DNA from: Paramoeba atlantica
Taxonomy: Eukaryota; Protista; Discosea
Direction: 5' to 3'
DNA length: 64,000 nt
Assembly (NCBI GenBank): GCA_977017575.1
Contig: CDRNVI010000053.1
Span: 806,001-870,000 of the forward strand
Shown: positions 10,443 through 20,464 of the stretch, piece by piece
How the letters are laid out: each line of letters starts with the position of its first letter
Numbering within the stretch: position 1 is the stretch's first letter
The notes under the pieces: generated by a model
Databases searched by the model: none
What the model was told of the DNA's origin: nothing
What the model saw: only the letters and a program-made list of their open reading frames with translations
Made by a program: the position numbers and the translations under genes

Positions 10443-10923
10443 AGAGTGCGTTCATGGATGTGTTAGTTAGAATCATGGGTGTGTTAGAGAATTCCAGACG
10501 CATTTTTGCATGCCCGTGCAAGGTTGATAATGTCGCTGCGCATATTTCTATTTTCGTTTTTCATAGCTTTTCGATATACTCCCCCCTACTTAAGAGTCCG
10601 AGTGGTACCCCCTGCCTAAGAGTCATTTTTGACGGAGCCTCGGAAGCACCGCCAGATTTTTTTTGTGGGTTTTTTTGATATTTTTAGTTCGCCACCTTTT
10701 AGTTTTTTATTGGAATTTAGTTTATAATTTGTTTATAAAATTGATTGACCCGTGAGCTTCAAGAGTCCTCCTCGGTCACGATGATCTCTCTGGCAGCAGT
10801 CTACTCGCCCTGTAGAACACGAAATGCTTTATGTGCGAAAAAGGCTCTCATCGACGCGCCCATGCTAGCTTGGATGGTTCAGAGAAGTTAGTAATACCAA
10901 GTTTCTCCCACTCTTTGATCGTA

Positions 10924-11013
10924 GCGTATACCCCCCCAGTAAGAGAAAGGGTTTTGGGTCCAAATGGCCAAATCTCTCTTACTGGGGGGGTACCTTACTG
11001 GGGGGGTATACGG
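10924..11013. mobile_element. 90-bp mini-MITE, family B (deletion derivative of 39065-39361)
   Basis: TIR (G/C)CGTATACCCCCCCAGTAAG, TA on both flanks, near-identical to the ends of the 39-kb MITE. Confidence 0.85.
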
Positions 11014-11017
11014 TATA

Positions 11018-12374
11018 CATGGAGTCTGTGCTAAACTTGGTTTTCACAAATTTTCACGAATTTTCACAAGTTTTCGCCTGCAAGTCATTTTATCTATTTC
11101 GGTGCGATTCTCAACTTTTCTTTTATCATTGAGTAATATTTCGAATAAACTTTATTTTTTATGTCCGTGCAGTCCTCAATCATTCGTCAAGAGTGGGGAA
11201 ACGCATGAAAACTACACCATTCACTATTCCTCGTGCAGGTCGCCCTAGCTTTTGTGTGTATTGTAAGTGGTGCCCCACTCCTGACGAACAAAGGGATAGA
11301 TGTGTGTTTTGCCTCGAGGACGGCCTCCTACAGGGCACTGAAGTCTGCGTTCATTGTGGACAAAGTCAAGTTGTTGAAGCATTTCCCCCTCACATTCTAC
11401 AAAGTTTCGAAACGTTGAATATTGACGTCCCTGCTGCGCAAAAAACATCAAGTTCCTTTTATCTTCGATCTGTCACCGGGCTTAGATTGACTTTCGTTCA
11501 CATTGCCTACGTGTTGGTTGCATGTCAAAACAGCATAACATGGTCGGACGATAAGACAAAGTTTATCCGTGCTTCGACTAATTTTGCGCGGAAGTTCAGC
11601 ATTACCCTAGATCAGCAGAGTGAACGTTCAATGTCCACCGTTTTCAAAAACATATGGAACAGTTATATCGGTGTCTTGAACGCCACGCTCGCATCTGTTC
11701 GTGCACAAATCAAGGCAGAAATACAAACCAAGCTTAGTGGACATGACGATCGCTTTCGTGTTCCCCTGAACAAAGTATACAAGGCAAAGTCTTACATAGA
11801 GAGTCCTGAGTGGGAAGAAGCAAGCACCTCAGATGCAGCCTTCAAAAACTGGACACACTCCATAGAACTCCTGAACAATTGCTTTATATCATGTTTAAGT
11901 ACATAATATCGAAGCCTACCAGCGTTATGAGTGGCATGGGAAGTACGACAGCGAATTGTTGCCTGAGAAAAGGGCTGCAACAGATGCCAAGATTTTTTCA
12001 GCTAGGATGCAGCGTAAGCGGTATCCCCGACCAAATTCAACATCCCCTAACCAGCGTACCTTGGATTGATTCGTATATTCTAGCAATCAACATTCCAATA
12101 TCCGTTGGTTACAAATAGGCACGGAACGTAATTCTGATAATGAGGAAGATGTTGTTTTAACTTAATTTACGGTTTTAGCGTAGTGTATTTCCAAACATGA
12201 TACTTTAGACTACAGTTCGGGGCTTTATTACGGGACATTTTAACCCCACCCCCACATTGTCCCTTAAATCTGTGGCTCAATGGGGATTTTTTGTTTTCAC
12301 GAATCTTCACGAATCTTCACAAAACTTCACGAATTTTTACAAGATTTCACGTGATATTTGCACAGACTCCCATG
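11018..12374. mobile_element. TA-flanked TIR element, family C (copy C1), carrying an orphan ORF
   Basis: TA|CATGGAGTCTGTGCTAAA ... TTTGCACAGACTCCCATG|TA; subterminal TTCACGAA-type repeats near both ends. Confidence 0.8.
11205..11906 (+). CDS. Orphan Cys-rich (three CxxC) protein inside element C1
   Basis: 233-aa ORF with CVYC, CVFC and CVHC; no DDE motifs recognised. Confidence 0.55.
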   Translation: MKTTPFTIPRAGRPSFCVYCKWCPTPDEQRDRCVFCLEDGLLQGTEVCVHCGQSQVVEAFPPHILQSFETLNIDVPAAQKTSSSFYLRSVTGLRLTFVHIAYVLVACQNSITWSDDKTKFIRASTNFARKFSITLDQQSERSMSTVFKNIWNSYIGVLNATLASVRAQIKAEIQTKLSGHDDRFRVPLNKVYKAKSYIESPEWEEASTSDAAFKNWTHSIELLNNCFISCLST

Positions 12375-13007
12375 TAATATAGGAGACACAACGCGCTCTC
12401 ACGTAAAAAACAAGATTTTAAGCGATTGAACAACCTAACATCGCAAGGGGGTGGAGCACGCTTCGCCGGTACAAATGTACTCGCATCCACGGATATTCTC
12501 CTTCAAGTTTACATTCTGACCAAAAATTCGTCTACTTACAGCAGAACCATGGTCACTGCAGCAATGAATTGAAAGAATCATGTTACGCTGACGGCCATTG
12601 TGCAGACCCCGACTTTTATTAGAAAAAAAATATATGTATAGTGAAAAAAAGGAACAGGTGTTGTTGAAATACTATGAAAAAATGCTGACCTCTCTACTTA
12701 AGAGTCTGGGAAATTCTTACCCCCCCTCCACTTAAGAGTTAAAAAAAAAAAAAAAAAACTTAAGAGTCCAAATTCCCACAATTGTCGGACTTTTAAGTAG
12801 GGACTCTTAGGCACCCTAGTTTCTTTCCAGAACTGTTTTACTTTGCATCTGTGTCCCCTTCTCCTCCTCTAGATTTCTTTTTTCTATTAAAAGTTGTCTC
12901 TTTTAAGTTTTTAAATTATAAAAAGGCTTTTAGAAACATTTTGATAAATTTACTTTTTTCTACTCAATACGTCCATCTACAGCGGAGCACAACGTATCAG
13001 CTGACGC

Positions 13008-13604
13008 ATGAATTTCAACGCGCAAACACTTGCCGGTTCTATTGCAACTTTTGGAGGACAGATAAACCCTTACTGCAATTACACCTCCCACTATGCCAAA
13101 GGATTTGTCTACCGCGAACTCAACAAATTCACAAGTCCTATGCGCAAAGGTATTTTTCTACTTAAAGTACGCACGGCAGCTGAGCTGCGATTTGCAGAAA
13201 TTGTAAAGCGCTACATGTCCGAAAAACTCACTGGCGGATTGGGTGTGTATGCCGTCATTACGGGGTGTGCGGAACTGATTGATCACATGAACTCTATCAT
13301 TCCTAAGGACGAATACGAAATCAAACGCATGACTTCTTACATGCTCTCTCGCAAGCACTCTGAAGAATACCGCCGCATGGTGATTCAAACATGGGTAAAG
13401 TGTTTGTTTACATGTGAATCCACGAATTATGCGGGATACGGAGAAATGCATCACCAGCAAGCGGGCAGAATGGCGACTGAGGAAGAATTTATGGCATACG
13501 TGTGGTTCGTTTTGTTCATGTGCACAGTGGGTGCGGCAACGCTTACTGGGTTGTATTGGTACTGGAAGTATGGTCAAGGTTTTGAGGTAGTCCCAATCCA
13601 GTAA
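13008..13604 (+). CDS. QCR7: Kinetoplastid-type cytochrome bc1 subunit (QCR7-like)
   Basis: GGQINPYCNYT...ELNKFTSPMRKGIFLLKVRTAAELRFAEIVKRY resembles the trypanosomatid complex III subunit as recalled (not searched); C-terminal hydrophobic segment. Confidence 0.6.
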   Translation: MNFNAQTLAGSIATFGGQINPYCNYTSHYAKGFVYRELNKFTSPMRKGIFLLKVRTAAELRFAEIVKRYMSEKLTGGLGVYAVITGCAELIDHMNSIIPKDEYEIKRMTSYMLSRKHSEEYRRMVIQTWVKCLFTCESTNYAGYGEMHHQQAGRMATEEEFMAYVWFVLFMCTVGAATLTGLYWYWKYGQGFEVVPIQ

Positions 13605-14844
13605 AGGAGATTCGTCCATCATTGGCAACAAGCTGGATCTATTTTACTTTCTATATTTTGACACTTTTTTAAGGTGAAGTACTAAAAGTGAATCTTTACA
13701 GATATTAAGATTTCTATATAATGTGTTTACCACATTCTTCTTATTTTCTTAATGAGAACATTAATTACATCAATAGTATAGTGGCATAAATTTTCTCATG
13801 ATGTAAGGAAACTAGTACTTGTACAAATGAAATATAGAATTCTGCACATCGTTCCAATTTTTTTGTATTTTCTTGTATTTCCCCAAACGCTTAGCAAATT
13901 AATTAAATGGATTTTTTTGCATTAAAAATTTATACTGCAGAGTAATATTTTTTAATTCTAAAATTACATGGTTTGCTACATGCACTTACATAAGCAAAGG
14001 GAAACGTTTTCTTTTCTTGTTTCTACTTCTTATTTTCAAACATTAATCCACCATGCAAGTCTCTTAACTTGTATCAAAATTCCTTAAAGGGGCGTCGAAT
14101 CGTTGAAAAGACAACTGGTCTATAGAACATTTATTTATTGAAGAATTTCATATCGCATTCTTCAAACACCGCGCGCTCGAGGTAAAGTAACCTATTGAAG
14201 AAAAAACGTCTCTTTCAAACGTGTTCGAGCGTTCTTATTAAATTATACGAGATTTATTCAATAAATTTCATTATTCCTGCACTTGTCTGGTCCCAGCGTA
14301 TTTTTGAGAAAGTTAGGCCATGTGAGCTTATTGTTGATTTTACTTCTGCATCAGACCCTATTTAAAGTGGTACACTCTCCTGTGACATTTAATCTTTCGA
14401 TTTCAAGATAGATAAGTCTAAGAACTCCACATAAATATTGCCTATCGAAAAAACAAAATATTCCTTGTAGCTTTTGTGTGTTCTCGGCTCATTGAATCGT
14501 GTTATCAGCATGATTTCTACACTCTGAGTGAAGTTCACTCATTTTCCCACGGGCAAATTATGATGCGGATAACCGAAATATGCTATTCAGTTCAACGACA
14601 CGCTTTCATTGGTTCTCTCTTTGATGACGCACTTCTCATTACACATTTTGGATAGCACGAGGTTGTTTTGAAAGCAGTTTTTAACGCGAAGTGCCCAGCA
14701 GTGGTGTCCTCTAAGTTAAAAACAGCCACTGTTTTTGAAACCTGTTTTGTAAAACCTCTTTAGCGTTTCCTGTTGGTGACTCTTCTGTGTTCAAATCAAC
14801 AGAACCAGCTGCGAGCAAATGTAGCCCCCCCTCGCTTATATACA

Positions 14845-14935
14845 ATGCTCGCATACACTTACGGTTGTACCACCGCTCACTTTACTACCCTCGCTTTTAT
14901 ACACTTACGGTTATACACTTACGGTGTATACTTAC
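14845..14935 (+). repeat. Degenerate tandem repeat ATACACTTACGGT (about 4 copies)
   Basis: catacacttacggt at 14851; tatacacttacggttatacacttacggtgtatacttacac at about 14897-14937. Confidence 0.7.
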
Positions 14936-14992
14936 ACTGGAGGGGCTGCGGGTGGGGTCTCGCGAAACCGCACCCTCGGCCCCTCACTTATA

Positions 14993-16102
14993 CAGGGGGT
15001 GGCACGAAAATATGGGGGGGTTAAAATTTTTATAGCTTGTCCAATTTTGGAAAGTAGCACCGCATTCAAGAGCTCTAGCAGAGATACGTGTCACCTGATA
15101 TTGTGTTTCCCGTATCCAGTGGGGTAGGTCCCTATGCCTAAGGGGCTGAAAACAGCAATTGCAAGTTTGAAATTTTGAAAAATGTGTCATTTTGAAATTT
15201 TGAAAAATGTAATCTTAATACAAGTCTTCAAAGTGTTTAAAAATGTTTTGTTCTGTTCTCCTTTCAACAATTCAATCCCAGATGCGATCGCCGATCGCAG
15301 TCCTGACCGATTTGTGGGGCATAATGAGCTTCTCTCGCAACGGCAGAAAAGGACCCAGTTTCATCATACTTCTTTACTAAAGTATGCGGTGGGTGATTTT
15401 TTGCTGTCCACGAGGACTATAACAATGCCGATCACGGTGCTGTACACCTTTATTGGAATAAGCCCGTTTCTGTGGCATAACGTGGCGGAAAGATAAAAAA
15501 TAGAAGGAAAATATTGTTTTTTTCATGCACTTATAGTGCAGAGATTTGCCTCACTACATGTCCTTACCCGCATACGACGGGTGGATCACGTGAGGGTTCG
15601 CCTACGCCTGTGGCAAGTGGGTGCAGAGAGCTGGCGTCCCAGGTGCAGAGAGCTCGGTTGTCATGTGCAGGTGCAGAGAGCCGGATGCATAATCCCCATA
15701 TTGCAGTTTCGGGGGCAATCCGAGTGCAGAGAGCTGTGACAGAGCCGAGGTGCGGAGAGCTGGGTGACCGCCAGGTGCGGAGAGCCGGAAGTCGTAGCGA
15801 AGGACACGTCTAGTGGTCCTCAAGGGAGGCCACCGCGACGCATGGCCTCCTCGGAAAGGCAGACACGAGAAAGAAAAGCCGAGAGAGGGAAACACACTCA
15901 CTCCAGGAGAGTGAGTCGGGGAGGGGTGAAGGGTGAAAGGCGCGTCCCCTGCTTCAACGAAAAGAGGGACAGTCCCGACCTTAGTGCCGGCCGGCAACGG
16001 GCATATAATTACAGTAAGACTATGCCCGTTGCCGGGGAAAGAAAGGATGAACTAAGGAAAAAGTACCAACAAGGTAAAACTGTATCTAAACTAACACCCC
16101 CT
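14993..16102. mobile_element. Mariner/Tc1-like TA-flanked element (CAGGGGGTG ends) abutting a second copy starting at 16105
   Basis: TA|CAGGGGGTGGCACGAAAA at 14993; ...CACCCCCTG|TA|CAGGGGGTGGCACGAAAA at 16094-16122. Confidence 0.6.
15538..16035 (+). mobile_element. GC-rich structured repeat, family P (copy 1)
   Basis: Homologous in inverted orientation to 32886-33419; internal GTGCAGAGAGC repeats; perfect 15-bp terminal stem at 15991-16035. Confidence 0.65.
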
Positions 16103-17310
16103 GTACAGGGGGTGGCACGAAAACTGTTACACCTGCCAATTTTGGCCGATGCGGCCGTTTTGGCTAATTTTTGTTGCATTTTGCAGATCTCAGTGTTAAT
16201 ATCGTGTTGAAACCATTCTGAGTACAAGAGTAGATGGGGTAGGGTGATTTTTTGGACTCCGAAAACAAGAATATTATAGTTTTTGCAAATCCTTTTGGCT
16301 ACCAAAAAATATCATATTTAACATTCAGTAGTCAATGGAGCCACCATATTGGTCCCGCAGCTCTTGTAATCGAGTTGGGAGGCTGTTTAAAGTATTCAGT
16401 ACTGATTCCCAGCCGTCGTTCAATAGATGATCCTTCGCCTTAACAATGGCGATCTTTAGCTCAGACCGATTTTTGGGACCTTCTGGTGTATACCTTAAAG
16501 TTATAGACCCTCATATCGGCTATGTATATACTTATCGGCTACTTTCACTTACGTATACACTTCACTACTCGTATACACTATTTGTATGCACTTACATTTA
16601 TAAACTTTATATAAACTTAGCGTTTTTAGGGGGATTTTAGTGGATTTTCTTTGTTTTTTGGTGTATTTCGAGGGATCTTTGTCATTTTTCGTTACATTTA
16701 CACTTATACACTAAAACCCTGTTCCGGGTTAATGCGAAGCGGCGCCATATTTTGGATGGGTGGTTATTCCCGTTTTCTCGAAATTGGCGTTGTTTGTTCA
16801 GCAAAGCATTTCTTAAATAAGCGAGGGCAGTGCACCGGTTAACATGCCTATATTGCGGTGGTTGTATAACTACCGCTCTACCCTCGATTATTGAAAAAAA
16901 TGTGAACAAAAACAGTGAAAATATAAAGAGGAACACAGTAATAAATCCCTCCGCACCAATAAGGCACCCACCCTTAACTTTTCAGACAAATGTCCATTTG
17001 GGCTGATTTTTGTTGCATTTTTCGGTTAAACTGAACCAAATTCCGCACTTTTTCTGTTTTTCTAAAAATTCTTCATACTTCATCAACTTTGAGCCTTTCA
17101 ACCTGCTTACAACTTCTTACAAATGGACGCAAATACAATACTCCTTCATATTTTGCAATAATTGGAGCAATACATCGCCCCCATTTCGCTTCAAGCTTCC
17201 TGTACAAATCTCTGCGAATGCTTGGATTCCGTCCCCCCTGTTTCCAGATTTGTGACGAATGGCATAATGGAGTCCAACCATTGGCGCAAATTAATAAGAT
17301 CCTTCAAATA

Positions 17311-18288
17311 CTGTCCCTCTTACTTAAGAGTCCGCGGGGTACCCCCCTACTTCAGAGTCCTTTTTGACGGAGCCTCGGGCTGCTTGCGGCGCGAAGCGCC
17401 GCCAGATTTTTTTTTTTTTGATTTTATTTGATTTTATTTTCTTTAATTTTTTTAGTTGTCTGCCCATTGCGCTTAGTTGCGTTTTTAATATTTCTAAGCT
17501 ATTTATACTTGATGGTTCTCCGAGCAAGGAGCAGACTACTGGCAGGCATGGCACAACCATGCCAATCTGCCGGCCAACCACCTTCATCTATCTCCCCACC
17601 TAACCACGGTATCCTTCCGTTACCCCATTCCGGTAACCAACCCCGTTCTCTTCTATCCCCAGTGTACGCGGTATTGCATTACGAATATCATTATATTCTC
17701 CTGCATATCAAGGGTCATATTCTGAATATTTATGACAGTTTTTTTGAACATGCCTCAGTAACAGGTCGGGCTAACGTCAAAATTTTCCGAAACAGACTTA
17801 TTTCTCACTTAGAAATACGCTCAAAGGATCCTAATTTGATGTATTTTGCCAAATGCCCTCAGCAAATGCCAGACAAAATACGTGCGGACTACACGTAATA
17901 AATAACTTATGTTGTTCTCTATTTGGTGTCGAAAAAGAGTATTTTAGCAGATCAACACTATGCGATTATTGGTCTCCACACCTTAACTAGACAATCATTT
18001 TTATCAAATTCATAAAATCTACCACTCCTGATGTGAGTGCGTAATGGGGAAGTATGGTCGGGACCTCCTCGTGGTCTTCCCTGGCACTGTTATCGTAGCG
18101 ATAGTACAGACGCCGACCTTCATTAGACAAAAATAGAGAAAAAAAACATAGACAAAAAAGGAACCGGCCATATTGAAATTTTATGAAAGAATGTTGACCC
18201 CTCCACTTAAGAGTCCAGAAAATTGTGACCCCCCATTTAAGAGTCCAAATGCCCAAAATCGGCGGACTCTTAAGTATGGGGGGGACAG
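17311..18288. mobile_element. TA-flanked TIR element, family A (copy A2), carrying a protease relic
   Basis: TA|CTGTCCCTCTTACTTAAGAGTCCG ... CGGACTCTTAAGTATGGGGGGGACAG|TA. Confidence 0.85.
17548..17990 (+). pseudogene. Ulp1/SENP-like (C48) cysteine protease domain, frameshifted
   Basis: LHYEYHYILL (catalytic H), NIYDSF (D), CPQQ (oxyanion Q), then TCGLHVINN (catalytic C) after a frameshift at about 17878-17880. Confidence 0.7.
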
Positions 18289-18576
18289 TATATGATAAAG
18301 AGTTCTGTAAATGTTAAATTAGCACGGTATTTGCTTCATATTTTATGAAGCAACAACAATTCTGTGAAATCTTTGAGAGAGAAAAATAGTTTTGTGAAAA
18401 TCAAAAAAAGTGCGGAATTTGGTTCAGTTTCACCCATTTTTCAGATCTCAACGCAAAGACTTTGCGCGTGAAAAAATGAGACAAAAAGAAACGAATACGT
18501 ATACTTTAGAGAGATTACCATTTTGAGAGATTACTTTGAGTATACTTTGAGAGATTACCATTTTACTTTAGAGAGA

Positions 18577-18984
18577 TTACCATTTTGTCACCATTTCTCC
18601 GTTACTCGCTACGCAAGCTTTGAGGCAAGCATCGAAGTTCAAAACCGAACCATAAATATAATCTTGAGACAATTTACGCCAAGCTTTACGTACGCTTTTT
18701 ATGAGATCTTCTTTATTTGCAAGATTGTATTCATCTACAAGATTTTGTACCATGCTCCACACGTTTTCTATTGGTGAGAGATCGGGGGAGTTGGGCGGCC
18801 AATTTTTCAACAATTTCATTTTGCTGTCCTCAAGGTACACTTTTGTTTCCTTCGCAATGTGAGGTGTTGCCCCATCTTGCTGAAAAATACAGTTTGGGGT
18901 GAATGATACTTTTTTTAATGGTTTAATGTACGAAACACATGTAATTGAGTTGGATGGGAGAATAACAAGGTGTCTTTGGATTCC
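18577..18984 (-). pseudogene. Tc1/IS630-like transposase C-terminal remnant (DD35E)
   Basis: IFQQDGATPHIAK...NWPPNSPDLSPIENVW in one frame from 18984 to 18577. Confidence 0.9.
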
Positions 18985-19639
18985 TTCAGGGCTCAGAGTG
19001 TAAATTTTCAGGCGAAATGTTTTTCAAATATTTTCGAATATGTTTCACATTATACTCGCGGGTCATTAAACTCGCGGGCTAGTTGCCTTATCGCAACCCT
19101 TTGGCCAAGCCTCATGCACAATAACACTTTTCCACCCCTGGGGAGTCGATACGCATTTCTTGGTATGAAAAGTGCGTTTTTCAAAAAAATACATCCAACT
19201 CTTTTTTAGTTTTCGAAATGGCCTAAAGACAACGGGAACGTACAGATCTCAAAATTTTGCACGATAAAGTGGTGCGATAACCCACCTAGCCCCCCTCGTA
19301 CAAAAAATAAGGGTGGGTGCCTTTTTGATGGGGAGGGGCTTATAATAGAAGAAAAATTTATAAAAGGGGCTCCGGTGGTCCAAAGATTTTCAAAAAACAT
19401 CGGACTCTTGGGGGTCCAGGTGGGGGGGGAGGCATACCGCACGAAATTTTTTTGAAAAAATTATTTTTCGAAATATATGCGCAGAAGCGGTAGCCGGGGT
19501 CTTGGCTCGCATTTTCCACCCCCCTACCCGGGGGTGAGCCCCCCTCGTATGCGCAGGACGGGTCCGTCAAGTTTGGAATTTTTCGGAATTTTTTTTTGAA
19601 ACAAATTCCAACTTGACGAAAAAAATAGTAAAAACATAT

Positions 19640-19815
19640 TTTTCCAAAATCGTTTCCGCTATTGTATTTTGATAGCTTGGGACCTATTCTAGATTTCTAC
19701 GCCATTGTTTTCGCGAGATGTCGCTTCTTGAAGCCGTGGTACGCCTCCCAAAAATGAGAGCAAAAATACCCAAAAATCACCTCATTTTTACCCGAAAATC
19801 GGCTACTTTTGGCTA
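19640..19815 (+). repeat. Dispersed terminal-like repeat, family H (also about 28070-28180 +, 34680-35030 -, partial 34125-34200 -)
   Basis: Shared blocks CTATTGTATTTT.ATAG(C/T)TTGGG.CC, CTTCTTGAAGCCGT and CCCGAAAATCGGC. Confidence 0.65.
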
Positions 19816-19822
19816 TAATATT

Positions 19823-20464
19823 TCAATTTTTTACACACCTAATAAGCGAAGTAGTACTGGAGGGGTTCATTCCACATACTCGTTGCTGTACCATTTCCCA
19901 TGCATTTTCTATAGGATTGAGGTCATGTGAGTTGGCAAGCCAATTTTTGATATACTGAATTTCTGATTCAAAAAGATAAGACTTTGTCATTTTTGCAGTG
20001 TGTGCGCCTGCTCCATCTTGTTGAAAAATAAAATTACGGGGGAAAGGAGTCTTACGCAGGGTTCTAATACACGTTTCGCTCGTAATTGAGCTGTCATTGG
20101 GAAGAATAGCTAGATAACGCCACCCAACTCCAATGGCACCCCACACATGGCATTTTGTGGCCCAACGCATTTTCTGCCTTGGAGCAGCCTTTTCGCCCGG
20201 GGCAACCCACATTTTTTTACGCATATCATTAGTATCAAAGATTTTTTCATCAGAAAATACAATTATGCGTGAATCCCCATTCCATGCTAAGGCAAACTCA
20301 ACCCTTTTAGCCTTCTGACGTTCGGTCAACGCCATAGTAACCGGGCGTGGGGAATAAGTATATTTCATTGCTTTTAAGTCACGTTGAACAGTGCGTTTTG
20401 TGACATGTACCCCCTTTTTACTCAATCTCCCCGCAATGCATCTAGCGCTGCTGTGTTTCGGCAC
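19823..20464 (-). pseudogene. Tc1-like transposase (DD35E), C-terminally truncated; element G2 right end at 20892
   Basis: HTH-like TKRTVQRDL, VFSDEK, VWGAI, QQDG, NSHDLNPIE; 20785-20892 is a direct repeat of 19231-19340 ending in TA. Confidence 0.9.

Larger units (their letters stand above)
10579..12802. mobile_element. TA-flanked TIR element, family A (copy A1), hosting nested elements
   Basis: Left end TA|CTCCCCCCTACTTAAGAGTCCG; right end CGGACTTTTAAGTAGGG at 12786-12802 is a truncated inverted copy; subterminal ACTTAAGAGTC repeats match element 17311-18288. Confidence 0.7.
16944..19340 (-). mobile_element. Decayed Tc1-like element G1 with imperfect 36-bp TIRs and TA TSD
   Basis: TA|AATCCCTCCGCACCAATAAGGCACCCACCCTTA versus reverse complement of the right end AGCCCCTCCCCATCAAAAAGGCACCCACCCTTA; contains a transposase remnant. 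Confidence 0.75.

Noticed and set aside
13700-14760. AT-rich stretch with fragmented reading frames
   Set aside because: Multiple stops in the frames examined and no recognisable motif; possibly a very old pseudogene but unsupported.
15764-16210. ORFs in both family P copies sharing SGPQGRPP
   Set aside because: Explained by nucleotide-level conservation of a structured block; no shared start or length, so not called as a protein.
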